Part shown: positions 48,599 through 58,743 of the stretch, in pieces
How positions within the stretch are numbered: position 1 is the stretch's first letter
Layout of the letters: each line of letters starts with the position of its first letter
Program-made: the position numbers and the translations under genes
Notes under the pieces: model-generated
Databases searched by the model: none
What the model saw: only the letters and a program-made list of their open reading frames with translations
Told to the model about the DNA's origin: nothing
Assembly: GCA_017555845.1 (NCBI GenBank)
Contig: JAFZFO010000052.1
Location: forward strand, 5,542-69,541
Length of the DNA stretch: 64,000 bases
DNA from: Bacteroidaceae bacterium
GTDB lineage: Bacteria > Bacteroidota > Bacteroidia > Bacteroidales > Bacteroidaceae
Reading direction: 5' to 3'

Positions 48599-50083
48599 AT
48601 GGGCAAACTGCAATCACTACTAAAGGAGACTGCCATATATGGCTTGAGCAGTATCATAGGACGTTTCCTCAACTACCTTCTGGTACCGCTATACACGGCA
48701 AAGATGAGTGTGGAGAGCGGCAACTATGGTGTTGTAACAAATGTCTATGCATGGACAGCAGTCCTGCTGGTCATACTGACCTTTGGCTTTGAGACAACAT
48801 TCTTCAGGTTCGCGAGCAAGGAGAAGGAGAACACTCCAAAGGTATTCTCAATGTCCATGCAGGTCATCGGTGCGCTTTGCGGTCTGTTCCTTCTTGCAAT
48901 ATTCAGTTTCCTGCCTTCCATAGCAAAGACATTAGGGTACGGGATGTACCCTGAGTTCATTGGCATGATGGCGATTGTTGTGGCTCTTGATGCACTGCAG
49001 GCCATACCGTTCGGTCTGTTGAGACTACAGAAGCGACCTATAAAATTCGCATCGCTGAAACTGTTCAACATATTCACGAACATTGCCCTGAACCTGTTTG
49101 TATTCGTTGCACTCCCCTATCTGTACACAAAGAACCCCGACCTGTTCGGCAATATCTACTTCCCCGACAATCAGGCGTTCTACGTATTCTTCATAAACCT
49201 TGTATGCACGGCAAGCGTCACGTTCTTCCTCATTCCTGAGTTGAAGATCTACCGCCCCACATTTGACAAGGAACTGCTTAGAAGCATGCTCGGATACTCA
49301 TGGCCATTGTTGTTGCTTGGAATTGCGGGAGTGTTGAACCTGCACGCCGACAAGATCATATACACATGGCTTGTCCCGGGCGAGAAAGGCATACAGGAGC
49401 TCAGTGTATACGGAGCCGCCGTGAAGATTGCAGCCATTATGGCAATGCTGATGCAGGCGTTCCGCTACGCCTACGAGCCATTCGTATTCAGCAACAGCAA
49501 GGAGAGTGACAGCAAGGCGCTATATGCCAAAGCCATGAAATACTTCATCATAGTATCCATGTTGGCGTTCCTTGTCGTGGTATTTTACATGGATATACTC
49601 AAATATATCATAAACAGCAACTATTGGGATGGCTTGAAGGTAGTGCCAATTGTCATGGCTGCCGAGATATTCATGGGCATATACTTCAACCTCTCGTTCT
49701 GGTACAAGCTGAACGACGAGACATATTGGGGAGCTATCTTCTCATTCATAGGCTGCGCACTGCTTTTTGCTGTGAACATAATCTTTGTTCCCAAGTATGG
49801 CTACATTGCATGCGCATGGGCATCGTTTACCGGTTACTTTACGGCAATGCTGCTATCATACATAATCGGACAGAAGAGAAATGCCATAAGCTATGATTTG
49901 AAGACCATATTCCGTTTCACAGCACTTTTTGCTGTGCTATACGGAGCATCATTGCTGATACCCGATGGAAACAGCATTGTAAAGATGCTGTGCAATACAG
50001 GTCTGCTGTCAATATTCATGCTGTTTATCCTGTCTAACATCAGAAAAGAGATGAGAAAAAGAGATAAGAAGACCGAAAAATAA
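48599..50083 (+). CDS. Oligosaccharide/polysaccharide flippase family (MOP/Wzx-like) membrane protein
   Basis: 494 aa with about 12-14 helices. The N-terminus LLKETAIYGLSSIIGRFLNYLLVPLYT is typical of the family. Confidence 0.8.
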   Translation: MGKLQSLLKETAIYGLSSIIGRFLNYLLVPLYTAKMSVESGNYGVVTNVYAWTAVLLVILTFGFETTFFRFASKEKENTPKVFSMSMQVIGALCGLFLLAIFSFLPSIAKTLGYGMYPEFIGMMAIVVALDALQAIPFGLLRLQKRPIKFASLKLFNIFTNIALNLFVFVALPYLYTKNPDLFGNIYFPDNQAFYVFFINLVCTASVTFFLIPELKIYRPTFDKELLRSMLGYSWPLLLLGIAGVLNLHADKIIYTWLVPGEKGIQELSVYGAAVKIAAIMAMLMQAFRYAYEPFVFSNSKESDSKALYAKAMKYFIIVSMLAFLVVVFYMDILKYIINSNYWDGLKVVPIVMAAEIFMGIYFNLSFWYKLNDETYWGAIFSFIGCALLFAVNIIFVPKYGYIACAWASFTGYFTAMLLSYIIGQKRNAISYDLKTIFRFTALFAVLYGASLLIPDGNSIVKMLCNTGLLSIFMLFILSNIRKEMRKRDKKTEK

Positions 50084-50089
50084 CATCTG

Positions 50090-50125
50090 ACAATAGTGCG
50101 CGCCGGTACCGGCGCGCACTATTGT
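50090..50125 (+). terminator. Rho-independent terminator (36-bp perfect palindrome) after the flippase gene
   Basis: ACAATAGTGCGCGCCGGT/ACCGGCGCGCACTATTGT, with 18-bp arms and no spacer (the central bases must form the loop), followed by TTTTA. Confidence 0.8.
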
Positions 50126-50183
50126 TTTATCCATTTTCATCGCATTTTTACAACTATAATGACTCTCTTTTAATAATATTTAG

Positions 50184-50191
50184 TATATTTG
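50184..50191 (+). promoter_or_regulatory. -7 promoter box TATATTTG for the acyltransferase pair
   Basis: Exact TAnnTTTG match, 46 bp upstream of the ATG at 50237. Confidence 0.5.
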
Positions 50192-50236
50192 CGATATCGT
50201 GGATACATTATTCACAACAAAAAATCGTTCAAGAAT

Positions 50237-51052
50237 ATGAATAAGACAATTCAAATAGACGTTGAGTCTATCGTTAAGGCAAAAGCCGGCAAAAAGGCAC
50301 GATATATTCCCAAGTTCGTCATTTCATACCTCAAGAAGATTATCCATCAGGATGAGGTAAACGAGGCGTTGCGCACCTTCGGCCACAAGGAAGGTCTTGA
50401 TTTCGTAAGCGCTTTCATGGAATACTTCAAAAACTCTTTCGAGGTACACGGTCTTGAGAACCTGCCACACGATGACCGCCGTTTCACATTCGTGAGCAAC
50501 CACCCTCTTGGTGCACAGGACGGTCTTGGGCTGACACACATTCTGGGCCCGGTTTACGATGGAAAGATAAAGTTCCTCGCCAATGACCTGTTGATGAACT
50601 TTCCACAGATCTCATCATTCTGGATTCCCATCAACAAGACAGGCAATCAGGCACGTAATCTTCCACAGCAGATAAATGCCGCTTTCGAGAGCGACAATCA
50701 CATAATAATGTTCCCCGCCGGTCTGTGTTCACGCAAGAGAAAGGGCGTTGTCAAGGACCTGCCATGGAAAAAGACATTCATTACAAAGAGTATTCAGTCA
50801 CAACGCGATATTGTCCCCATTCATTTTGAAGGCGAAAACTCAGAATTCTTCTATCGCCTTGCGAACATAGGAAAATTCTTTGGTCTGAAATTCAACATCG
50901 CCATGCTCTACCTAAGTGACGAGATGTTCAAGAACATGAACAAGAAGTTCAAGGTTACCATTGGCAAGCCTATTCCTTGGCAGACATTCGACAAGTCAAA
51001 GAGCGCTACAGAATGGGCGCAGCATGTTCAGGACATTGTCTATTCACTATAA
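50237..51052 (+). CDS. glsA: Lysophospholipid/1-acyl-glycerol-3-phosphate-type O-acyltransferase, GlsA-like (glycine-lipid O-acyltransferase)
   Basis: PlsC-type motif FVSNHPLGAQDG and FPAG. It lies directly upstream of the N-acyltransferase, the same pairing as the Bacteroides glycine-lipid genes. Start set at MNKTIQID (50237). The ORF track starts at an upstream TTG. Confidence 0.75.
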   Translation: MNKTIQIDVESIVKAKAGKKARYIPKFVISYLKKIIHQDEVNEALRTFGHKEGLDFVSAFMEYFKNSFEVHGLENLPHDDRRFTFVSNHPLGAQDGLGLTHILGPVYDGKIKFLANDLLMNFPQISSFWIPINKTGNQARNLPQQINAAFESDNHIIMFPAGLCSRKRKGVVKDLPWKKTFITKSIQSQRDIVPIHFEGENSEFFYRLANIGKFFGLKFNIAMLYLSDEMFKNMNKKFKVTIGKPIPWQTFDKSKSATEWAQHVQDIVYSL

Positions 51053-51069
51053 ACAATTACATTCACAAT

Positions 51070-52077
51070 ATGAAAGACATCATAGCACCTGTTCCCAAGG
51101 AACTGTTGAAAGCAGAGCTTACTGAAGACAAGCTGTTGCGCTTTACACACAGAAGCGACAACGAGATTTATATAGTAACAGCATTCAACGCACCAAACGT
51201 GATGCGCGAGATTGGCCGTTTGCGTGAAATTGCGTTCCGCGCGGCAGGTGGCGGCACAGGCAAGGAACTCGACATTGACGAGTTCGACACCATGGAAGTA
51301 CCATACAAGCAATTGGTTGTATGGAACCCAGAGAACAACGATATCATTGGAGGCTACCGCTACATCAGCGGCAAGGAGGTGCGTTTTGATGAGAACGGCG
51401 AGCCCATCATCGCTACAGCACACGGTATGTTCCGTTTCTCGGAGAAATTCCTCAAGGAGATTCTTCCATACACCGTAGAGCTTGGACGCGCATTCGTTTC
51501 GCTTGAATACCAGTCTACCCGAATGGGTTCAAAGAGCCTCTTCGCACTCGACAACCTGTGGGATGGTCTTGGAGCATTGACGGTTGTACTCCCCGATGTC
51601 AAGTATTTCTATGGAAAAGTAACGATGTACCCGTCATACTTGACAAAGGCACGCGATATGATATTGTACTTCCTCAAGAAGCACTTCCCCGACAAGGAAG
51701 GCCTTGTTGAACCGGTAACACCGTTGCAGCTCGAAACCGACGAGAATGAACTTGCCCAGATATTCTCGGCCGATACATTCAAGGAAGATTACCGTATCCT
51801 CAAACAGGAGGTACGCAAGTTCGGTCTCGCAATACCACCAATGGTAAATGCATACATGGGCCTATCGCCCACAATGAAGATTTTCGGCACAGCTGTCAAC
51901 TATGACTTCGGCAACGTTGAAGAGACCGGCCTGCTTATCACAGTTGATGAGATGCAGGACAGCACAAAAATGCGCTACATAGAGTCCTTTATACGCGAAC
52001 ATCCCGAGGCTATCAAACTTACATCGGGAGCCAACAAAGTCTTTTACATAGAAAACAATGGAAATGAAGAAATCTGA
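51070..52077 (+). CDS. glsB: GNAT-type/hemolysin-like N-acyltransferase, GlsB-like (OlsB homologue; N-acyl-glycine synthase)
   Basis: Blocks IGRLREIAFRAAGGGTGKELDIDEFD, GGYRY, VELGRAFVSLEYQST and LFALDNLWDGLGAL match my memory of the Bacteroidales N-acyl amino acid synthase family. Start set at MKDIIAPVPKE (51070). Confidence 0.78.
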   Translation: MKDIIAPVPKELLKAELTEDKLLRFTHRSDNEIYIVTAFNAPNVMREIGRLREIAFRAAGGGTGKELDIDEFDTMEVPYKQLVVWNPENNDIIGGYRYISGKEVRFDENGEPIIATAHGMFRFSEKFLKEILPYTVELGRAFVSLEYQSTRMGSKSLFALDNLWDGLGALTVVLPDVKYFYGKVTMYPSYLTKARDMILYFLKKHFPDKEGLVEPVTPLQLETDENELAQIFSADTFKEDYRILKQEVRKFGLAIPPMVNAYMGLSPTMKIFGTAVNYDFGNVEETGLLITVDEMQDSTKMRYIESFIREHPEAIKLTSGANKVFYIENNGNEEI

Positions 52078-52122
52078 TTCAGATTGCACAACAATTCCAC
52101 CTTTTAGCAAATTATATATAGT

Positions 52123-52554
52123 ATGAAAGTTGAAATAATAAATAGATCGAAACATCAGTTGCCATCATATGCCACAGAACTTTCGGCAGGCATGGACTTG
52201 AGAGCAAACCTTGACAACCCCATCGTGCTGCAGCCATTGGAGAGGACTTTGGTCCCTACAGGCCTGTTCATGGCCTTGCCTGCAGGATACGAGGCGCAGG
52301 TGCGTCCACGTAGCGGACTCGCAATCAAGAAAGGCATAACCGTGCTCAATTCTCCGGGCACAATCGATGCCGACTATCGTGGCGAGGTGTGTGTGATACT
52401 TGTAAACCTGTCAAACGAACCATTTACCATTACCGACGGCGAACGTATTGCCCAGATGGTAATCGCACGCCACGAGCAGGTTGAATGGTGCGAATGCGAA
52501 GTTCTTGGCGAGACAGACCGCGGTGCCGGTGGTTTCGGCCATACCGGTGTATGA
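52123..52554 (+). CDS. dut: dUTP diphosphatase
   Basis: 143 aa with [24 protein letters not shown] and GGFGHTG. Confidence 0.96.
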   Translation: MKVEIINRSKHQLPSYATELSAGMDLRANLDNPIVLQPLERTLVPTGLFMALPAGYEAQVRPRSGLAIKKGITVLNSPGTIDADYRGEVCVILVNLSNEPFTITDGERIAQMVIARHEQVEWCECEVLGETDRGAGGFGHTGV

Positions 52555-52576
52555 CAATGGCTCCAAAACATACTGT

Positions 52577-54304
52577 ATGAAACAACCATGGAGGTACATG
52601 ACATGTCTGTTCCTGCTGTTGCTCTCAATGGCAGGACAGGCACAGAATAAAGAAAATGATATCGACGCACGCACGCGTGCCGTCGATTATTTTCATTTGG
52701 AGTCCACATCACTCATGGAGCAGGAGAGATATGATGAAGCATTTGAACTGCTTGGACATTGTCATGCCCTCGATACCTCATCTGCTGCCATAAAGTACTT
52801 TTTGGCACCATATTACAGTGTGTTGGGCAATGACAGCATTGCCAGCAGCATGTACGAACAGATTGTCCGTGAAAACCCCGACAACGATGCATACAACGAC
52901 GCTTTGGTAAACCAATATGCACGTCAAGGCAACTGGAAAGCTGCAATTGCGGTATATGAAAGGATTGTCGATTCTGCACACTCCAAGAGCGAGATATACA
53001 AGTCGCTGTATACACTCTACTACAACGACGACAACTATGAAAAGGCCATTGAGGTCCTTGAAAAGATTGAGAGCCTCGAAGGCAAATCAAGTGAATTGAC
53101 ATTGCTGCAGATCGAGCAGCTCATGATGCTTGGCAAGCACAACGAGGCAATTGCCATAATTGAGCAGGCTATTGCCGAGAATCCGGATGATACGCGTTTC
53201 ATGACCTTAAAAGGTGAGGTATATGCCGTGGCTGGAAACTACGCCCTTGCCGAGGAAACTTACCTGAATATCCTCGAAAGGTATCCCGACAATGTCATGA
53301 CACTCACATCGCTTGTCAACCTTTATGCACAGGTCGAAGACGACGATGCTTTCTGCAATACAGTAGAGAGATTGATCAAGAACGAAAAGGTAGATACCGA
53401 AATACGCCTGAAGAACCTGGTCACCTATGTCCTTTATAAGGAAAGCACTGACAGTGCATCTATCAGGCCATTCTACCAGGAACTCCTGCAACTTCCTTTT
53501 GACCAGTTGGAACTGCATGAATCATATGCCGATTATCTTGAGTACAAGAACGCCGACAAGAGTGAGCTTGTACCCATATACGAAAAGATTGTAGAACTTG
53601 ACTCGGAGAACGTTACAGCAATCGTAAAATTATTGCAATATGCCATAGAGGATGAGGACAAGAATGCAGTCTGCAAATATGCCGATGAGGCACTGCTTTA
53701 CCTTCCCGAAAAGATTGAACTCTATTTCTACAAAGGATTCTCGCATTACCTGCTCGGGAACAAGAAAGAGAGCATTGACATCTACAAGGAAGGTCTTGCC
53801 AAACGCGGCAGCGATACAGACCCAGATGTGGTTGCCGCAGTGTTTACCACACTGGGCGATACATACCACGATCTTGACATGGTAAAAGAGTGCTATGCGG
53901 CATATGATTCGGCATTGGTATATGACCCATACAGGCTGGATGTCCTGAACAACTACTCCTACTATCTGTCACTCGAAGAGAAGGAGTTGCAGAAAGCCCT
54001 GGAGATGAGCCACAGGACCATAACAACCGAGCCCGACAACCAGACTTATCTTGACACGTATGCCTGGATCCTTTTCAAGCTCGGGAGGTACGAAGAGGCC
54101 AAGGCGTATGCCGAGAAGATAATTTCCCTTGACGAAGACATGAGCTACGTGGTACTCCACCACATAGGCGACATCTTTGCAAAATGCGGCAACATTGACA
54201 AGGCCGTGACATATTGGGAGATGGCACGCGATGCCGGCGACGAAACAAAGATATTGAACAAGAAAATAAAGAAACGCAAATACTACAATGGAGCAAAAGA
54301 TTAA
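52577..54304 (+). CDS. Exported tetratricopeptide-repeat protein
   Basis: Signal peptide MKQPWRYMTCLFLLLLSMAGQAQ followed by many TPR-like repeats. Start set at 52577. The ORF from 52481 overlaps dut. Confidence 0.8.
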   Translation: MKQPWRYMTCLFLLLLSMAGQAQNKENDIDARTRAVDYFHLESTSLMEQERYDEAFELLGHCHALDTSSAAIKYFLAPYYSVLGNDSIASSMYEQIVRENPDNDAYNDALVNQYARQGNWKAAIAVYERIVDSAHSKSEIYKSLYTLYYNDDNYEKAIEVLEKIESLEGKSSELTLLQIEQLMMLGKHNEAIAIIEQAIAENPDDTRFMTLKGEVYAVAGNYALAEETYLNILERYPDNVMTLTSLVNLYAQVEDDDAFCNTVERLIKNEKVDTEIRLKNLVTYVLYKESTDSASIRPFYQELLQLPFDQLELHESYADYLEYKNADKSELVPIYEKIVELDSENVTAIVKLLQYAIEDEDKNAVCKYADEALLYLPEKIELYFYKGFSHYLLGNKKESIDIYKEGLAKRGSDTDPDVVAAVFTTLGDTYHDLDMVKECYAAYDSALVYDPYRLDVLNNYSYYLSLEEKELQKALEMSHRTITTEPDNQTYLDTYAWILFKLGRYEEAKAYAEKIISLDEDMSYVVLHHIGDIFAKCGNIDKAVTYWEMARDAGDETKILNKKIKKRKYYNGAKD

Positions 54305-55118
54305 AAAATTGACATTCGCCCTGCTGGCATTGACAATGATGCTTGCCGGTTGCAAATCAAAGAAAACAGTACAGATACCCGAAGAAGAACCGACAACAGA
54401 CTATACAGCCATCGTCGCCGGGTTCGCATCCGTAACACCCGATACTACAACAGTGCAGTACATCTCGGGTAACGCGACTCTGAAACTGAATGTTGATGGC
54501 AGCAATGTGAGCCTTAAAGGCAAACTGCACATTAAAAGAGGAGAGGGAGTACAGATAAGCATCACACCATTGGGGCTCATTGAGGCTGCCTGTGTAGAGT
54601 TCCTGCCACAGAAGGTAAGGCTTATCAATAAATTGACAAAGAAGTACACCGAAGTCCCCTACTCCGAGGCATCGGCAATTGGTCTTGGTGGCATCAACTA
54701 CAAAGTGCTCGAAGCAATTTTCCTGAACCACGCGTTCCTGCCCGATGGCCGCCTTGCCTACAAGGGACTCAAGGAGATGGATATTGCAGACAAAGGCAGC
54801 AGCTATCATCTTTCAACAAAGGGTAATGCAACAATGAAATATAGCTTCCTCATCGACAAGGACAGTGGAGAGTTGACATCTTGCAGCGGTGTAAGCAGCA
54901 CAGGAGAGAGCGTAAAGTGCGAATACTCCGATTTTGCAAATATAGGTTCTGTATCATACCCCAATAATCTTTGCATCGGCTTCAATGGAGATTCCAAGAT
55001 CATACTCGACATTGACTTGAACAAGATCAGCAATAAATCGTTCAGTTTCTCAAGCCGCAGCATAACCAGTTCATATCGCAAACAGAGCATTGACGACTTC
55101 CTCAAGTCTATAAAATAA
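54288..55118 (+). CDS. DUF4292 family lipoprotein (LolB-like fold family)
   Basis: Lipobox LTMMLAGC. Size and the TPR / DUF4292 / M23-peptidase gene order match the conserved Bacteroidetes arrangement. Confidence 0.6.
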   Translation: MEQKIKKLTFALLALTMMLAGCKSKKTVQIPEEEPTTDYTAIVAGFASVTPDTTTVQYISGNATLKLNVDGSNVSLKGKLHIKRGEGVQISITPLGLIEAACVEFLPQKVRLINKLTKKYTEVPYSEASAIGLGGINYKVLEAIFLNHAFLPDGRLAYKGLKEMDIADKGSSYHLSTKGNATMKYSFLIDKDSGELTSCSGVSSTGESVKCEYSDFANIGSVSYPNNLCIGFNGDSKIILDIDLNKISNKSFSFSSRSITSSYRKQSIDDFLKSIK

Positions 55119-55123
55119 AACAG

Positions 55124-56410
55124 ATGAAAAACCGTATAATAGGCTACATATTGCCGGTTCTTGTCTCTTTCTTTACCCTTTTGAATGTGCAGGCACAGAG
55201 CGAATCTGTCGAGAGCCTACGCAGCAAAGCAAACACACTGCGCAAGGAGATAAAGGAGAAAGAGGCCATACTAATGTCGTCACAGAAGAACATCAACGGC
55301 AAGCTGAACAACCTCAAGATAATATCGGCCAAAATTGCCGAATACAAAGGTCTTGTGAGTGTGCTGCAGAAAGAGGTAAAGGCTCTTGACAACAGGATGT
55401 ACGCCATCGACAAAGAGATAAAGACTCTTGGCAACGACATTGCCCAGAAAGAAAAGAGCGTGGAGATTTCACGTGCCGAGTATGCCGGCGCCCTGCGTAC
55501 GGCACGCAAGCACAATAATTTCGAGAACAAGATGATGTTCGTATTCTCGGCCGATGACTTCAACAAGATGGCACGTCGTTACCGTTATGCCAACAGCTAT
55601 ATGAATGCGCACAAGGAACTGGCCGACAGTCTAAAGAAGAGAATTCTTGAACTGGAAGAAAAACAGTGCGAACTGAAGGCGAAGCGTGATGAACTGGAAA
55701 AGACACGCTTGGAAAAGAGAGCTTCACTAAAAGAACAGGAGGCAGAGCGCGCACGGATACAGAAACTCGAGAAAGAACAGAAAAACATCATTGCCGGACT
55801 CGAGAAGGAGAAGAAGAAGGTGCAGACCGAGCTGAAGAAGCAACGTGATGAACTCAATAGGCTGAACGCCGCCATCAAACGCGAAGTAGAGAAGGTTGTC
55901 GCTGCCGAGAATGCCAAATCAACAGCAAGCAAGAACAAACAGAGCGCTAAGCAGGGTTCAAAATACACCGATGATGCAGGAACGGCAAAGATGTCGGGCA
56001 CATTCCAAGCCAACCAAGGCAAGATGCCTATACCTATAACCGGAGCATATCTGCTTGTTGACAAGTTCGGCGAAAGGAATGCCGTAGAGGGTAAAGGAAG
56101 CGTTATGATAAACAACGGCGGCCTCACCTTCAAAGGCACAAAGGGCGCAAAGGCGCGCTCCATCTTCGAGGGCAGCGTGTCGACAGTATTCCATCACAAC
56201 GACTATACCTGCGTACTGGTGCGCCACGGCAAGTACATTTCGGTCTACTGCAATGTGGAGAATGTAAAGGTCAAGAGTGGAGACAAGATAAAGGCCGGGG
56301 ATATAATTGGAGATGTAACGATAGATGCCGAAGACGGCAATCCACGACTGCTGTTCCAACTTTACCGCGAAAAGACACTTCTGAACCCCGCAGAGTGGCT
56401 GAAGCTATAA
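55124..56410 (+). CDS. M23-family (LytM-domain) peptidoglycan metalloendopeptidase or activator with a long coiled coil (EnvC-like)
   Basis: Signal peptide, then about 250 aa of Lys/Glu-rich coiled coil, then a C-terminal LytM fold (GDKIKAGDIIGDV...LLFQLY). Confidence 0.85.
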   Translation: MKNRIIGYILPVLVSFFTLLNVQAQSESVESLRSKANTLRKEIKEKEAILMSSQKNINGKLNNLKIISAKIAEYKGLVSVLQKEVKALDNRMYAIDKEIKTLGNDIAQKEKSVEISRAEYAGALRTARKHNNFENKMMFVFSADDFNKMARRYRYANSYMNAHKELADSLKKRILELEEKQCELKAKRDELEKTRLEKRASLKEQEAERARIQKLEKEQKNIIAGLEKEKKKVQTELKKQRDELNRLNAAIKREVEKVVAAENAKSTASKNKQSAKQGSKYTDDAGTAKMSGTFQANQGKMPIPITGAYLLVDKFGERNAVEGKGSVMINNGGLTFKGTKGAKARSIFEGSVSTVFHHNDYTCVLVRHGKYISVYCNVENVKVKSGDKIKAGDIIGDVTIDAEDGNPRLLFQLYREKTLLNPAEWLKL

Positions 56411-56465
56411 GAATGTGGAATCTAAAGGTTAAAGGCGCACATAAAGTGTGATTAAAGGCGAAAAC

Positions 56466-56500
56466 AAAAAAACACAGCATTTGAAATGCTGTGTTTTTTG
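56466..56500. terminator. Bidirectional terminator between the M23 gene and argD
   Basis: 10-bp stem ACACAGCATT/AATGCTGTGT with a 3-nt loop, flanked by an A-run and a T-run. Confidence 0.8.
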
Positions 56501-56546
56501 TACTATGATGTAACTGCTTTTGGTTTTTCGTTTTCAGTCCTCTGCT

Positions 56547-57674
56547 TTAACCTTTCAATACTTTCCTGAACTTATCGATAAAGAGTCTCGCCTGCTCCAT
56601 TGTCAAAGTCAACGGCGGCAACAGACGTATGGTATTCATACCACTGACACCGGTAAACACGCGCTCCTCAAAGAGCAGTCGGCGACGTATATCCTTCACT
56701 GGCTCGTCAAACTCGATACCAATCATAAGTCCCTGTCCACGCACCTCTTTTATACCATCAATCTTCTTCAGTTCGGCAAGAAGCCAATCTCCCACCTTAT
56801 TCACATTATCAAGCAGGTTCTCGTTCTCCATGACATCAAGCACAGCCTCTACTGCAGCGCAGGCAAGATGGTTGCCACCGAATGTTGTTCCAAGTTCGCC
56901 ATATACAGCCTGAAATTTGGGGCTTATGAGCACAACTCCAACAGGGAAACCGTTACCGATACCCTTGGCCTGAGTTATGATGTCGGGCTTGATACCGGCC
57001 CACTGATGTGCAAAGAATTTTCCGCTACGGCCACAACCGCTCTGTATCTCATCAAGGATAAGGGTTGTATCTGTCTCGTTGCACAACTGCTGTAGCTGCT
57101 GCAGGAATGTTGCCGACGGTATCTGAACGCCACCGACGCCCTGTATTCCTTCAATGATTACTGCTGTCACATCGCCCTTCTCTATCTCGGCACGCACAGC
57201 ATCAATGTCACCCATAGCCACGAATGTAGTGTGACCGTTTGAGTTTATAGGTGCAACAATCTTTGGATTGTCAGTTACCTCAACAGCAAGCGATGTACGG
57301 CCATGAAAGGCCTTCTTGAAAGCAATCACGCGGTTCTTTCCATTCTTGAATGAAGAGAGCTTCAATGCATTCTCGTTTGCCTCGGCACCAGAGTTTATGA
57401 AGAAGAGGTTATAATCCTCGTAACCGCTAATCTTGCCAAGCTTGCATGCAACACGCTGCTGCAATGTATTGATGACTGAATTTGAGTAGAAACCAAGTGT
57501 TGCCACCTGATTGCTTATCATCTCTACATACTTGGGATGGGCGTGACCAATGGATATCACGGCATGGCCGCCATAGAGATCAAGATACTCGTTACCATTC
57601 TCATCCCATACCTTGCAACCCTCGCCCTTTACAATGTTGACATCAAAAAGCGGATATACATCGTACAGATTCAT
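56547..57674 (-). CDS. argD: Acetyl/succinyl-ornithine aminotransferase (class III PLP aminotransferase)
   Basis: 375 aa with GGHAVISIGHAHP, LILDEIQSGCGRSGK, and location in the arg operon. Confidence 0.9.
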   Translation of the reverse strand: MNLYDVYPLFDVNIVKGEGCKVWDENGNEYLDLYGGHAVISIGHAHPKYVEMISNQVATLGFYSNSVINTLQQRVACKLGKISGYEDYNLFFINSGAEANENALKLSSFKNGKNRVIAFKKAFHGRTSLAVEVTDNPKIVAPINSNGHTTFVAMGDIDAVRAEIEKGDVTAVIIEGIQGVGGVQIPSATFLQQLQQLCNETDTTLILDEIQSGCGRSGKFFAHQWAGIKPDIITQAKGIGNGFPVGVVLISPKFQAVYGELGTTFGGNHLACAAVEAVLDVMENENLLDNVNKVGDWLLAELKKIDGIKEVRGQGLMIGIEFDEPVKDIRRRLLFEERVFTGVSGMNTIRLLPPLTLTMEQARLFIDKFRKVLKG

Positions 57675-57708
57675 TATAATCTACTTTAAAGAAAAGGTTA
57701 ATGCTCTA

Positions 57709-58677
57709 TCAGAATGCCGATGGCTTCAACTGCAAGCCTACCGTCTCGGCAAGACCGAAGAGCAGGTTCATATTGTGTACAGCTGTACCACTCGCACCCT
57801 TTAGCAGATTGTCGATGATTGATGTAATGAGCAGCTTGTCGCCATGCTTCTCAAGGTGTATGAGACACTTGTTTGTGTTTACCACCTGCTTGAGATCAAG
57901 CGGACGCTTTACGACATGTGTGAACGAGTCACGCTCGTAATAGCTCTCATACAACTTATACAATGTCTCAATGTCAAGATCGCACTTCACGACCAATGTG
58001 GCAAAGATTCCACGTGGAAAACAGCCACGATATGGGATAAAGTCAATGCTTCCGTCAAAATCGGGCTGCAGCTGTTTGATGCTCTGCATGATCTCGGCCA
58101 AGTGCTGATGCTCGAATGGCTTGTATATGCTTATATTGTTGTCTCTCCAACTGTAATGGGTAGTCGATGATGGCTTGACTCCGGCACCGGTGCTGCCGGT
58201 AATTGCATTCACAGAAACATCGCCCTTGAGAAGATGCTCCTTTGCCAATGGCAACAGACCGAGCTCGATGCAGGTTGCGAAGCAACCGGGGTTCGCGACA
58301 TAACGGCTCTTGCATGTATTGCGGCGGTTAAGTTCGGGCAAACCATATATGAAATCATGTGCATTACTCTTTAGGCGATAATCCATTGAAAGGTCAATGA
58401 CCTTAAGTTCATCGGGCAAAGCGTGGCTCTCGAGGAACTTGCGTGTATCGCCATGAGCTGTACAGAAGAAGAGCAGGTCTATCTCTTCAAAAGGCATCTC
58501 ACTTGTAAACATCAAGTCTGTCTCGCCAAGCAGGCCACCATGCACATCGGTAATGTAATTGCCGGCATTGCTGGTACTGTGAACGAACTTTATCTCTACT
58601 TCGGGGTGCTGCAGCAACAGGCGCAAAAGCTCACCCGCTGTATATCCGGCACCACCAATAATTCCAACTTTAATCAT
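57709..58677 (-). CDS. argC: N-acyl-gamma-glutamyl-phosphate reductase
   Basis: 322 aa with MIKVGIIGGAGYTAGELLRLL and the active-site context ANPGCFAT. Confidence 0.94.
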   Translation of the reverse strand: MIKVGIIGGAGYTAGELLRLLLQHPEVEIKFVHSTSNAGNYITDVHGGLLGETDLMFTSEMPFEEIDLLFFCTAHGDTRKFLESHALPDELKVIDLSMDYRLKSNAHDFIYGLPELNRRNTCKSRYVANPGCFATCIELGLLPLAKEHLLKGDVSVNAITGSTGAGVKPSSTTHYSWRDNNISIYKPFEHQHLAEIMQSIKQLQPDFDGSIDFIPYRGCFPRGIFATLVVKCDLDIETLYKLYESYYERDSFTHVVKRPLDLKQVVNTNKCLIHLEKHGDKLLITSIIDNLLKGASGTAVHNMNLLFGLAETVGLQLKPSAF

Positions 58678-58717
58678 ATATAATTAAGTAACTGTTCAAA
58701 ACTATTTGACTAGGTTA

Positions 58718-58725
58718 CAAAGATA
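58718..58725 (-). promoter_or_regulatory. Internal -7 promoter box (TATCTTTG on the minus strand) between argG and argC
   Basis: Plus-strand CAAAGATA, 41 bp upstream of the argC start. Confidence 0.45.
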
Positions 58726-58743
58726 TATTAAACTTGCTTAATA

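Noticed and set aside
56420-56554. Long-range complement between AAAGGTTAAAG (56424-56434) and CTTTAACCTTT (56544-56554), flanking the 56466-56500 terminator.
   Set aside because: The second arm lies within the argD stop and C-terminal coding region. The match is short and AT-rich, so it is most likely coincidental.
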